This document shows, piece after piece, positions 1 through 11,737 of a stretch of 64,000 nucleotides of DNA. The stretch is from Vicugna vicugna (Eukaryota). The number at the start of each line of letters is the position of its first letter. Position 1 is the stretch's first letter. A program made the translations under genes and the position numbers. Location: contig MU058065.1 of the NCBI GenBank assembly GCA_013265495.1, forward strand, positions 6,572,302-6,636,301, in the 5' to 3' direction. The notes under the pieces were generated by a model that worked only from the letters and a program-made list of their open reading frames with translations, ran no database searches and was not told the origin of the DNA.

Positions 1-1810
1 GAGAATCTTAAAAAAGGAGGGTTAGTGGGATGAGATACAGTCCTTATTGTCCTTATTGCTACAAATAGCCTTAGGCTATAACTGATATTATTTTCTCCTT
101 CTTCTACCATCCATTCCAAATTTGCTCCATTTTCCACTAACATTTCTACTGATCATGATGGTTTGCCTGGTGGTATGACTGAGATCTTCTCTAAGGAGTC
201 TGAGTCCCTGGTCACTGTGTACTTATCAGTGTGGTTGCTGTTAACTGTCCATTCATAGTTAAAAGTAGGCATATTCCGAACGTATTCTTCCTGCCCTCGT
301 TATACAGCAGCAACCCTTAATCCCCCTTATAATAAAGTCAGTTAACTCCTGACAGTGTGGTCTTTCCCTATTGATCTGCCACCATGCGGAGCCCAAAATG
401 AGTAGGTAACAGCCATAGCTTTGGATTAAATGGGATTCTTACTGTCCCCCCTGGTGAAAAGCTCCTCCTTTGGAAAATAGGATCTCTAGACCCACTAAAT
501 CTAAATTGAGGGGTCGGGAAGCACACATTCTCCAGGTGGGTTGTTGAGAGTAATAATGAGTGGGGGGCATTCCTACTTCTATTTCTTGATTTCCAGACTC
601 ATGTATTCTCTATAAATGTTGGTTTATGCTGTACATTGTGTATTGAAGGGCACCCAGTCCCTAATGAGATCACCTCTGAGCTGCACCTTTAAAGGCAATT
701 GGAACACTTTATCAGGCCATCAGCTTTGAAGTAATACTGTATATAGTAGGACCAATGGATCCTTTGATCTTATGCCCTTAATGTACCTCCTTTGCTGTAA
801 AGTGGGTTTCTTGTTCCATGATGATGTTATGTAAGATTTCATGTTAGTAAATCATATACTCATATGAGCCCTCAGATAGCAATGCAGCCAAGGCACTGTG
901 GACAGGAAAGGCGAAAACAAACTGAAAATATATGCCAATTTCAGTCAGAATTAATTGCTGCCCTTTCCAGGATGGAAGGGCTCTGATGCAATCAACTTAT
1001 CACCAAATGACTGGTTGGTTTCCCTAAGGGATAGTACTCTTATCAGGGGCTGGGCATTAGTCTCTGCTGCTGACCAGTTGGACATTAAGCAGCATAGTGG
1101 CTAAACCAGCTTTGTTGAAAGGGAGCCCCTGTTGTAGGGTGCATTCATAGCTTTTATCTCTGCCACCGAGGATGTTATTCATGGACCCTTTGTTGAAGTA
1201 TTTGGATAGCTGAATACAGAGATAGGCTGGCATCTACTGGTTAAGTTACCCTGTGTGATTGTTTAATGTCTCTTTGGTGGAGTTCTCTGGTGAGCATTAA
1301 CATGTGAAACATCTTCACGCTTTATCTGTACTTCTATATGACTGCTCATAAACATCTTCCATAAATCATTTCTCCCTGATCTTCCAGGCTTACTCTTTCC
1401 AGACTCCTGACCATCCATCCAAACCATTTGCCACCATCTATTGATGGTGTCCATTGATCTGCTTTTCTCTCCACACAAAGTGGATAATGAGGTGCACTTC
1501 TCAAACTATGCACAGTGGAGGATTTCATCTCACTACTATCTTTCAGGGCAGTCCGTTAGTGGGGCTACAGTGCAGCAACAGTACATTTTCAGCTTGTACC
1601 AATGTACCAAGATGATCCATCCATGAATCAGGTCCAGGTTTTTTCCTCTTCTTTCAGCTGGTCACAGGGAATACTCTTAAGGTCTGCTCTTATTATTTGT
1701 TGCTTTTTATTTGGCTATACCACTTCTATTTTATGATGGATTACTGCTGTAACTTCCTGATCTTACAACTTCATGGGTATGATAGCTCCTAGCTCATGAT
1801 GGCTTGCTCT
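1..1810 (-). mobile_element. Degenerate ERVL-class endogenous retrovirus internal region (RNase H/integrase remnants)
   Basis: Minus-strand remnants SHVNAHQ (RNase H-like, ~1290-1310) and IHWSYYIQYYFKADGLIK (~705-760), resembling ERVL integrase IHWSYHxPxxPxAxGLIE. Many stops and frameshifts. Boundaries approximate. Confidence 0.7.
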
Positions 1811-1869
1811 GGTTGTGTAGTTCCCTTGATGACTCATAGTCTTTATTATTATTATTTAACCCATATCAC

Positions 1870-2340
1870 TGTATCAGTTATCTATTGCTATATAACAATA
1901 TACTTAAACTAATAACCATTATTACTTATGAGTCAGTGGTCACTTGAGTGGTTCTGCTTATCTGGGCTAGGCTTGGCCAGTTGTGGCTGGATTCTTTGAT
2001 TTTCTCACGTACCCATGGTCAGTTGGTAGGTTGGCCAGCAGTTGGCTGGTCCACGGTATCTTACTTGTATGACTAGCCATAGCCTGGCTAGTGGTTAGGG
2101 TGATGAGGGTGATTGGCCATGTTTTTTAGTCACCTGGCGAGTTAACCTGGAATTATTCACAGAGCAGTGGCAGAGTTCCAAGAAAGTGAGTGAAAATTTG
2201 CAAGGTGCCTTTAGCCTTAGGATCAAGACTTACATACTGTTATGTCTGTTACATTCTTTTGGGGAAAGGAAATCACAAGGCCAGCTCCTTTAAGGGTTGG
2301 GAAATGGATTTCATTTCTTGATAGGGAGCTTGGGTAGAAG
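1870..2340. mobile_element. MaLR (MLT1-type) LTR nested in the ERVL
   Basis: Starts TGTATCAGTTATCTATTGCTATATAACAA, typical of an MLT1 LTR end. Subfamily not determined. Confidence 0.6.
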
Positions 2341-2359
2341 GAAGGGAATAGTTTGGAAT

Positions 2360-2545
2360 ATTTTTAAAACAGTTTTATTGAAGTATAGTTTACATACCAT
2401 AAAATTCACCTGTTTTCATTGCATAATGTGTAAATGTATAATTCTGTAATTTTTGGTAAATTTGTTGAGTTGTGCAGCCATCACCATAATCCAGCTTTAG
2501 AACATTTCTGTAACCCCCAACAAGAGCCATTGTGCAGTCTACTGT
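2360..2545 (-). mobile_element. Old L1 (L1M-type) 3' end fragment
   Basis: TTTTATTGAAGTATAGTTTACATACCATAAAATTCACC... antisense L1M 3' terminus signature. Confidence 0.65.
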
Positions 2546-2745
2546 ATTTCTCAAATGCTAGAAATATTGCATGAGCCATATACTCTTCTGCTTTATCCCA
2601 TCCTAGCTCACTACAGATGAAAAAAAATCTCAGTGTTGTAACACTCTAGGATACTGGAGATACTACCACTAGCAATGGAATTTCTGTTGTCTTTGCCAAA
2701 CAAGTGATCCAATTCCAGAATCCTGTCCTTAGAGTGTGCTTCTTA

Positions 2746-3225
2746 GGCCCACTTTTAGTACCAGTTGTTGTAGATTAAGCTTTCTAGAAACAAACCCTCA
2801 AATGGAGATTAGTGTGCAAGTGATTTATTTAGGAGTTATTCCCAGGGGATACCGAAAAGCATGTGGGTAAAGCTAGATGCTGAAGTGTAGAAAATGAAGA
2901 ATGCGTGTGATTTCAGACAAAAACCTGGTCTCTAACCCCCAAAAATGCAGAAATTAGGCTTCATCCTAATCCCTGAGTGAAAAATCTGTTATATAAATTT
3001 CACCTTAAAACTGTTCTAATCCAAGGCAAGGAAGTTGGGCTCCTGTACTCTAGCACCTGACCTTACTTGTGACTCTCAGAGTGTGGGCAAAGTATCTCTA
3101 GCAGTTATGAGGATAGTCCTGTGAAGGAAAATCCTAGATACTGGCTATCAAAAACATACTTAAATTGGTATGGAAGGGAGGACACAAAAAATGAGGTCAG
3201 AGAGAATCTGAGTGGAGCATCTTCG
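2746..3225 (-). mobile_element. ERVL 5' LTR plus tRNA-Leu-like primer binding site
   Basis: Minus-strand TGGTACTAAAAGTGGG at 2763..2748 immediately after an LTR-like segment ending in CA on the minus strand. LTR16/LTR33-like sequence; far boundary approximate. Confidence 0.55.
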
Positions 3226-3381
3226 TTTCTACTTACAGGCTTTATTCATGATGGTTCTCCTAAAATTAGCACTTTTAATCAAAGTGTGAGCATTTTTTTG
3301 AATGGACTGACTCTACTTAATATAGGTCCAGGTATTTGGGAATAATAGAGGGGGGAAATGTCACTTAAGAAATTTTAAATT

Positions 3382-3525
3382 GGGAGAAGGGTATAGCTCA
3401 AGTGGTAGAGCGCATGCTTAGCATGCTCAAGGTCCTGGGTTCAATCCCCAGTACCTCCTCCAAATAGAAATAAACAAATAAACCTAATTACCTCCTCCTC
3501 GTTAGAAAAAAGAAAGAAAGAAAAG
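3382..3525 (+). mobile_element. Camelid-type tRNA-derived SINE (Vic-1/VicSINE-like)
   Basis: A box TAGCTCAAGTGG, B box GGTTCAATCC, A-rich tail; TSD AGAAATTTTAA(A/C)TT at 3368..3381 and 3526..3539. Confidence 0.9.
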
Positions 3526-4038
3526 AGAAATTTTAACTTAAAATTTTGTGTTCATGAATTTAAAATAATAACTATGAATTGAAATAATGTAAATAGTATT
3601 TCAAATTATATAGATTATAGGAACTTTCTGGATTTTGTTTTACTTTTTAAAGCTTTTCAGTATCAAGTTTTGAATACTTCTTAATTCATTTGGTCTTAGT
3701 AGCTGAATCATTTCATCTGGTCTTGCTTTTGGCTAAGAAAAGCTATATAATTTTGCTGTCTCTGGTTTGACTTCTGTATAAAGAAAATACTCCTTCATTT
3801 TTTATGTAATTATCAGGATTATGGATTGGATTGGCTTTTGACTTGGTAATGAAAGCTTATTTTTATGATCCTCATTTGCTTGTCACTGACCTCTTGAGGC
3901 TTTAACACCTTGTAGCCTAACTTCCAAGTAAATCAATGAAATTTGGCAGTTGAAATGTAAGGATTTTAATGACAATTATTTAAAATTAAGAGTTATATCT
4001 TTATACACACATGTATTTAATTAAATTCTTAACTGTAG

Positions 4039-4136
4039 GAACAATAAAGCTATGACAGATCCCTCAAGAAAATATTTAACCAGCAGTAGAGAGAAGCAGC
4101 TGAGTTTGAAACAGTCAGAAGAGAATAGGACATCAG
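4039..4136 (+). CDS. USP37: USP37 coding exon (NNKAMTDPSRKYLTSSREKQLSLKQSEENRTS)
   Basis: AG/GTAAGT boundaries, 98 nt, phase-compatible with the next exon; peptide recognised as the USP37 linker region. Confidence 0.92.
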
Positions 4137-5461
4137 GTAAGTATTTGGTCTTTGTATAAGATACTCATTTATTATATGATATATTGAAGTAGACTAGAAA
4201 TAGGAACCTAAACTGGGGCATATTTCTCTATATTATTCATACTTTATAATTCAGTACTCATTATTGGGTACCAATTTATGAAAGTATTAGAAATATAAAG
4301 GAATTTTCATTTTACTTACAAGGAATCTAAGCTTTACCTTTTCTCCTGTTTGGCTGCCTAGCTCTTTCATTTGTCAAAACGTCCTGAACCATAGAGTGAA
4401 TCCACAGAGTTAAAGTGGTTGAAATTAAAGTTCAGCAGTGTTGTTACTTATTAGAAGTTTTATAAGATCTTGGAATTATTGTCTAAAGCAATTGTTAAAG
4501 CTCACCTTGTTTTTATAAAACCTAGAAGTTAGACTGCCCGTGAATTTTTGTTAGTATTTTTTTACACTTAATATATCTGTCTGATCCTTTGAACTCCTTA
4601 GAGATTCAGATATCTGGTATTGATTTGAATACTGTGTTCAACTTGAAATTAAATTGAAGCAAGCTAAATATGGCATTATTTTGATAAGTTGAGAGTTTAA
4701 GAGAATTTATTTGATCAGGATTCTAGGAATGGTTTCCTTAGTGTAACATTGTAACATTGGACTCCTCCTGAAAGAAGTACCTCTAATACAATTCTTACCT
4801 CTGAAATAATAATACATTATGTGAACTTACTGATTTTCAGCTTTTATAATCAACCTGTATCAGAAAATAATACTTAAAGATATAGTAACCTTAGTAATGT
4901 TGAAATTAAGATACATCTTATAAAACTTGATGTGAAAGAGGAGGATTGAGAGAAGGTAGTAAGTAGTCAAGTGATAAGGTTCAAGGAACAGAATGTAGAA
5001 GGTTTAAGTGTGTTCAAGTTGCAAAGTTAATCAGTAAAACTAAACACAACTAAAATAATTGAAGAGAGGAGAACAAGAGTAGGATGATGTAAATGAGAAT
5101 TTATTTCTAATTTTTTATAAGAAGGAGCCAGCTGATACTGTTTAAAATTAATAAATCAATAAATTGTAAAAACATTATTTAGTGTTATGAAGGAAATCAG
5201 AAAAACTAAGTTTTCAAAAATTGATTAGAAATTAGAAGCAAAATTTGTGGGACTTTGGGGTGGGAGAGTATTCTTTGCTGCTTATAACCTCTTCCACAGT
5301 GTTTGCTCTTTTAACATGTATATACATGTATTAATTTGCTGAACAGGAAGGGAGAAAAAAAGAGTTAAATATAAACAAGCCCAATACTTAATTTTATTAT
5401 TAAATGAACTTGAATGGTTGATTTAAGAATTAAATTTTTCTTGTGTTTGTTCATGTTTTAG

Positions 5462-5546
5462 GGCTTTTACCTTTGCAGTCATCATCTTTTTATGGTAGCA
5501 GAGCTGCATCCAAGGACTACTCTCCTGGCAACACTAACCTAGACAG
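5462..5546 (+). CDS. USP37: USP37 coding exon (GLLPLQSSSFYGSRAASKDYSPGNTNLDR)
   Basis: AG/GT boundaries, 85 nt, frame continuity with both neighbours. Confidence 0.92.
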
Positions 5547-6559
5547 GTACGCATTGGTTATATGCCTTGTGAAGAACTTGAAGAGCTCTCGTCTTCAGAA
5601 TATTAAATGATGGGCTGGGCTGTGCATAATGCTCTAAATGATTCTAGAGATTTTAAAATAAGAAAATTGATGAGAAATGACATTTTAGTTAGAAAGTATT
5701 CTAGAAATGTTTTAGTTCACATTCTTCTTTTTTATGTTTTTCAACACATGAGTAGACTGATGTCCAGGAAGGTTTGTACTGAGGCCACAGGTTGTGTCTG
5801 GCAGTGTGATCAGATTCTAGATGAGTGTATTTTCCATCATCCTAAGTGATGAACATAATGAGGTCTCTCCTTTGAGGCATTTTAAAATTGTCTTTGTTGC
5901 CTGTGTATTTGTTAAACTACCTACCAAAAGGCATTTTCTTTAAAAAGCAGAAGTTTTACTTTAGTGAGTCTCTTTTACTAGAAAAGGCTAGTCAGAAATT
6001 TAATTTCTGATTCTAGAGATAACTTCAGATTGAATTTTTTGAGGTTTATTGACTATAAATATGTAAGACAACTGCTGGACACTTGTCAAGGAGGCATGAT
6101 CATGGAATGCTGCACAGAAGGGCAATGTAAAAAGTGAAGGTAATGGTGTATAATAGATATGCTTTATAATAACATATTAAGTCATATTTCGTTTTTTACT
6201 GGAATTTAATTCAAAGTGGTAAAAACATCTTTGATAATTTGTGTAAAATGAATAAAGTGAAATAAAGAATTTGATATTGTATATTTAGGTATATTCAGCC
6301 TTGGGTGGTATCTGTCTGGCACTTTATGACTGCAGTGGTAACCTTGATATTTGAATTTAAGAGAGAGAAATCTTGACATATTTCTACTTATTAGAAGAAT
6401 CTTAAAGGAACCTAAGTTTAAAAAAAAACTGCGTTTGGTTTACAATGATTTATTAAATACAATACAAATTTCTTCTCAGAATAATAGAATGGAGATACTC
6501 AGTGCACATAGGAATGATTAAGCAAGTAAAAAAAATTTTAAATGTAAAGCTGTACTCAA

Positions 6560-8720
6560 AGAGTGAAATTTTCCAGATTGATGAGAAAACGAATATTGAG
6601 TAAAGGCTGAAGCCACAGAGCACATGTGAAATACAGACTGGAGTCAAATATTTAGGGATGGGTCTTTAAAACCAACATGAGATTGGGAACCAAACATGAC
6701 CCCAGACCAAACCTTGGTTTCTTACATGAAGTTATATGAAGCTGGGTATCTTGAACTGCTCTCTGTGCTAGTAAGGCAAAAATACTTCTGTATAAGTACC
6801 TGAGTTTGAAACCATAAATATGCTGCTTGCCTGATGCTCCCTGAGCAGAAATCAAATACCTCAAAATGTGAATTACAATGATTGGCATCTGCTTTAGTGT
6901 TACCCTGCATAAGGACAAGAATTCTGAACCCCTAACATAAAATCTTCTGCAGATTAGAGGTCCAGACTGAGGCCAGACTGATACTAGAGTCAGGAATAGC
7001 ATGATCCATAGGGTATAGGACAGAGAGGAGATGGTAAAGGTAAATGAAAATAAGAGACATATGATGGGCCATCCTCTGTGTCTTAATAGCATTTTGGAAA
7101 AAAGGACTAAGGAGAATAAAGGTAAGGAATTTATCAAAGGAATAATGGATGAAAATGAAGGAAGTCCACACACTGAAAAGCTTCAACAAATGCCAAACAG
7201 CAAATTATATATATGTATATTTATATGTATATATGTGTATATATATATATGTATATTTTTTAAACCACATTGTAGAAGGTGATGGGTAAAGAAATTGTAA
7301 AAGCCATGAGAAAGAAAAATATCTATAAAAGGAAAATAGACTGACATTAGTAACAGTAGGACAGAAGACAATGGAGTAATACCATCAAAGAATTCTGTAT
7401 ACAGTTAAATTTTAATTCAAAAATGCAGACAAATAATGTTGTTTTTAGATATATAAAGACAGCTTATTCAGCAAGAAGAAAACTGAGCAAAGGAAGGAGT
7501 AGAAGAAAGAAAGATCAATGAGCAAAAAAAATTAATAAAATGTTAGACAATAAGAGGAAATATAGGAGTGGAGAAGTGTACAGGGAAGTTAAAACATCTT
7601 TAAGTTCCTTTTTTTGTTTGTTTGAGAGGAGGCCACAGTTAACTTAGACATGTTAAAAAGTTAACGATGACTTTTCAACTTTTGGCCAAGATGGAATAAC
7701 AGGGACCAGATTACCCTCCTTCATGAAACAGCTAATAGCCTGGACAAAGTATCTTAAACAGTGAATCTCAAGATGTTGGACATGAGGCAGTGAAGGACAG
7801 TGATCCCTGAGAGATGGCAAACAAATAAAATTAGCCTTATGACTGCCGCACCTTGCTTCTTAAAAGTGAGTGTTTCTAGGCTGCCACACAAGGAGGGGGA
7901 ACCAGGCAGAGCCAGCCCTATGCTCCTGAGTTGAGGAAGTGGATCTAGGAGTCTGGGGAGGCCACTGTGGCTAGAATTCACAGAGCAGAGTATCAGAGGG
8001 GAAAGCTGCACAGAGAAAGAATTGCAGAGATCTGCAGAGGGTCCCCCTTGAGCTTCATCTGAGTGCTGATCAGCATATGCAGGTGAGGAAACTGGTCAAG
8101 GCCAGGAGGAGAACCATCTAGAAGGATCTAAGGAAATAATGCTTGGAGTTCACATAAAGCCAGGCGTAGTTCCTTTTCCTATGCAGCAATTTGAATGATA
8201 AGAAAGGTCTTGCCTTACTAGTAAGGAAAAACTGTCCCTAGATGAATTGCTGCTCTGGTCCAATATAACAAACCTTAAAAGCAAGACCCCAAAAGATCAA
8301 ACTGTTTCCAGGTAACCTGACTACATCCCAGAACAAAATTTGAGTATGTTTATAGAAATCAAAAATACTTAGCACCCCACAAGATAAAATTCACAATGTC
8401 TGGCACCCAAGAAAACATTATTAGACATACAAACAAACAGGGTAGTACATCTCATAAGGAAGAGAAAAATTAATCAAGAATACTGACTCAGAAACATCAC
8501 AGATGATAGAATTAGTAGACAAGGATATTAAAAGTTATTAACCCAAATCAGTAATGACATTAAATATAAATATACTAAATATTCCAGTTAAAGAGAGAGA
8601 CTGGATTTTAAAGGAAGAATAAAGATCTATATGCTATTTAAAAGAGAGACAACTAAAATACAAAGTTAAAGGTTGAAAGCAAAAGAATGAAAACAGATAA
8701 ACCTTGCATTGTCCAAACTA
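6560..8720 (+). mobile_element. Old L1 fragments (5'UTR/ORF1/ORF2-start-like), heavily decayed
   Basis: A-rich L1-like text, 5' start motif TGGCCAAGATGGAATAACAGGGACCAG (~7683) and an ORF2-start-like AATGACATTAAATATAAAT...AAAAGAGAGAGACT (~8550). Probably several pieces. Confidence 0.55.
7206..7256. repeat. Imperfect (TA)n/(TATG)n microsatellite
   Basis: Direct inspection. Confidence 0.85.
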
Positions 8721-9969
8721 CAGTGTTTAGGAGTACATAGTAAGGAATAAAACTGATAGAAAGCTAATAATTTTTAGAGTAGAGAAACAGAGTTGTGATT
8801 GGGCAGGGGCACTTGTAGGTTTTTGACATTGTTACTTATATGCTTGCTTTATAAAAATTTGTTAAGCTCCACACTTGATTTTTACTTAATAAACTTTACT
8901 TTTTAGAGTGTTTTAGGTTCACAGCAAAATTGAGCAGAAAATGCAAAGAGTGCCTACTACTCCCATCCTCCCTCATACACACAGCTTCCCTCACTATTGA
9001 CATCCTGCACCACGTTTTACACATTTGATTTTTATACACTTTTCTGTGTTCTATTTCACAGTTTTTTTAAAAGTAGAAAACCAAATAGTGGCTAACAGAT
9101 AGCCTAGCCAGACAGTAAGCCATTGGGGATAATTGACTTTTCCTTATAAAAAAGTAAATCATATTTCAGCTTTATAGGATACAAAAAAGTAAACATCCAA
9201 GCAGATTAAAGACCTGAATAAGAGGGAAAACAAATTTTAATCTTTTAGTAGAAAATATAGGAAAACATTTCTCTGATCTTACATTACAGGGTGGTTCTTA
9301 AACAAGACACAAAACTTGAAACCATGAAGAAAAGATTGTTCAACTTTGGTAATAATCAGGAAAATGCAAACTAAAAGAATGATGAGATCATGTTTCACTC
9401 ATCAGAGTGATAATAATGTAATGGAGACCATGCAAAGAAATGGAAATCCACTGTTGGTGGAAATTTAAATTGGTATAGCCTTTTTGGAAAACAGTTACAC
9501 TATCCAGAAAAATTTAAAATGAAAATTGAAAAATGCTTCTAACATTTTCACTGCTAAGCATATAAGTTAGACTAAGTTCTTAAGGAGTTTGGGCAAAAAT
9601 ATTTGTTGTATCATTATTTGTAATAGTGGAAAAAATTCACTGCCTAAATGATTTCAAGACTAGGTAAACTAATGTATGGTAGCCATTAAGTGGATAAAAG
9701 TGAATGAAAAGCCATTTTTCTCAAACCATGAACATGGATTATTTTGGTTGGATGTTAAGTAGGGTGCAGTATTATATGTCTCTTCAGCTCTATTAACAGA
9801 TTTGCTAATTTACATTTGTGAAATTTTTCCGCAAGTGATCATCATCATTGATATTTCCTCAAATTTAGGTTATTTTTTTTTTCCTAGGCATTGACTTCTC
9901 TGAATCTACTAGGGGAAAAGATAGTATTCAAAATTGTTTTGCTTTTTCATTATTTACTCTTTTTTATAG

Positions 9970-10131
9970 GACTATTATTTCAAGCCAAACTCCCTCTGCC
10001 AAAAGAAGTTTGGGATTTCTTCCTCAGCCAGCTCCTCTTTCTGTTAAAAAACTGAGGTGTAACCAGGATTACACTGGCTGGAACAAACCAAGAGTGCCCC
10101 TTTCCTCTCACCAACAGCAACAACTACAGGG
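9970..10131 (+). CDS. USP37: USP37 coding exon (TIISSQTPSAKRSLGFLPQPAPLSVKKLRCNQDYTGWNKPRVPLSSHQQQQLQG)
   Basis: AG/GTAGGT boundaries, 162 nt; leads in frame into the Cys box. Confidence 0.95.
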
Positions 10132-10313
10132 GTAGGTAAATTCTTTTATTTTGCTTTGTTTTTATAAAATGATTCAACTAAAGCGTGCTTTACCTAGTAT
10201 TTAAAAAAGGATAAAAGGAGTCATATTAATTATAGTTCTCAAATATTTACTCGCATCCGTAAATACTGTTAAGTATGTTATCTGGTCTCTAATTTTTCAA
10301 CTTTGAGGAAATA

Positions 10314-10394
10314 CATATATATGAAATATATATATATATGAAATATAAATATATAAATAAATATATATATGAAATATATATTTACATATATATA
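10314..10394. repeat. AT-rich (TA)n low-complexity repeat
   Basis: Direct inspection. Confidence 0.85.
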
Positions 10395-10574
10395 AAACAT
10401 TCATCATAAAGTGGAAAATGCGTATTCTTCAATCCCATATGCTTCATCCATCTCCTGAGATACTTTAGCATTAAGTATTATTTATATCCTCCCCAGCCCC
10501 TTTATGCTTATAGTTTTATTAAACACACAAAAATGAGATAATGGTATAATAACTGAAATAATTATAGCAGTCTT

Positions 10575-10780
10575 ACCTAAAATGTTTATATGCCAGAAAC
10601 TGAGCTTAAGAGTTTAAATGAAATTTTTTCTTTAAATCCTTTCAACAGGTCTATAAACTAGGTGTATTAAAAATCTGCTTTTATAAAGATGAAGTAACTA
10701 AGGCTTAGAGAAGTTAGTTAACTTGCTCAAGGTGTTATAGTCAGTAGTACAGCAATAGTAAATCTAGGCAGTTGGACTCC
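10575..10780 (-). mobile_element. MIR SINE
   Basis: AGATGAAGTAACTAAGGCTTAGAGAAGTTAGTTAACTTGCTCAAGGT, MIR core-like. Confidence 0.65.
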
Positions 10781-10787
10781 ACTTGTA

Positions 10788-11255
10788 TTTTTTTCTTCAA
10801 ATTTTATTGAGATATAATTGACTTAATGTACTGTATAGGTTTAAATTGTACAGCATAATGATTTGATTTAAATATATTATGAAATAATTACCACAGTAAG
10901 TTTAGTGAATATCCATCATCTGATGTAGATACAAAATAAAAGAAAGAGAAAAAAATATTTGTTCCTTATGATATGAACTCTTAGGATTTACTGTCTTAAC
11001 AACTTTCATATATAACATAGGGCGGTGTTAATTATTAATTATGTTGTACATTATAGCCCTAGTATTTATTTATCTTATAACTGGAAGTTTGTACCTTTTG
11101 ACCACACTCATCCAATTTCCCCTCCCCCTACTCTCTGCTTCTGATAACCACAGATCTGATCTCTTTCTTTGAGTTAGTTTTTGAAGTATAATTGACCTAC
11201 AACATTGTTGGTACTTGTGTACCACATAGTGATTCAGTGTTTTTGCACATTGCAT
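10788..11255 (-). mobile_element. L1 (L1MA9-like) 3' end
   Basis: TTTTATTGAGATATAATTGAC...CTTATAACTGGAAGTTTGTACCTTTTGACC, antisense L1 3'UTR signature. Confidence 0.75.
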
Positions 11256-11599
11256 ATTATTGCCACGTCCACTTGCCTTCTTAATCACTATGCCATGTTA
11301 CTTGTCTGCTCCCTAATTCTTTCCATCCAACATTAATTATGGGCAGCCTCATATATTAGTACATAACCTTTAGCCATGTTAGTATGCGTTTAGATTTCCC
11401 TTTTTTCCAATTACAATCCAGGCTAGAATCAATATTTATATATATTTTTAATCTTTATTAAAACTTTTCTATGGGATAAATTCCTGAAAGTAGAATTGTT
11501 AAGATTAAGGAAGACACTTTGAAATTTTTGATTACTGTTACCAAACTGCTCTCCCCAAACCTCCCAGCTTGCTTGTTTTTAATCTTACTTAAATTACTG

Positions 11600-11737
11600 G
11601 GGTTGGATTGGGTTGGGTTGGGTTGGGTTGGGTTGGGTTGGGTTTTTAACCTCCCTTAATGGAGGCACCGGGGATTGAACCTAGGACCTCATGCATGCCA
11701 AGCACACACTCTACTACTGAGCTATATCCCTCACCCC
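11600..11737 (-). mobile_element. Camelid-type tRNA-derived SINE with (CCCAA)n tail
   Basis: Reverse-complement A/B boxes (CTGAGCTATA, GGATTGAACC); TSD TAAAT(T/A)ACTG at 11590..11599 and 11740..11749. Confidence 0.88.

Noticed and set aside
3382..3460. tRNA-like sequence (and its ten siblings) as tRNA genes
   Set aside because: They carry A-rich tails, TSDs and scattered mutations or deletions, which marks them as tRNA-derived SINEs.
6652..7173. 173-aa minus-strand ORF
   Set aside because: Antisense to decayed L1-like sequence, non-ATG start, no recognisable domain.
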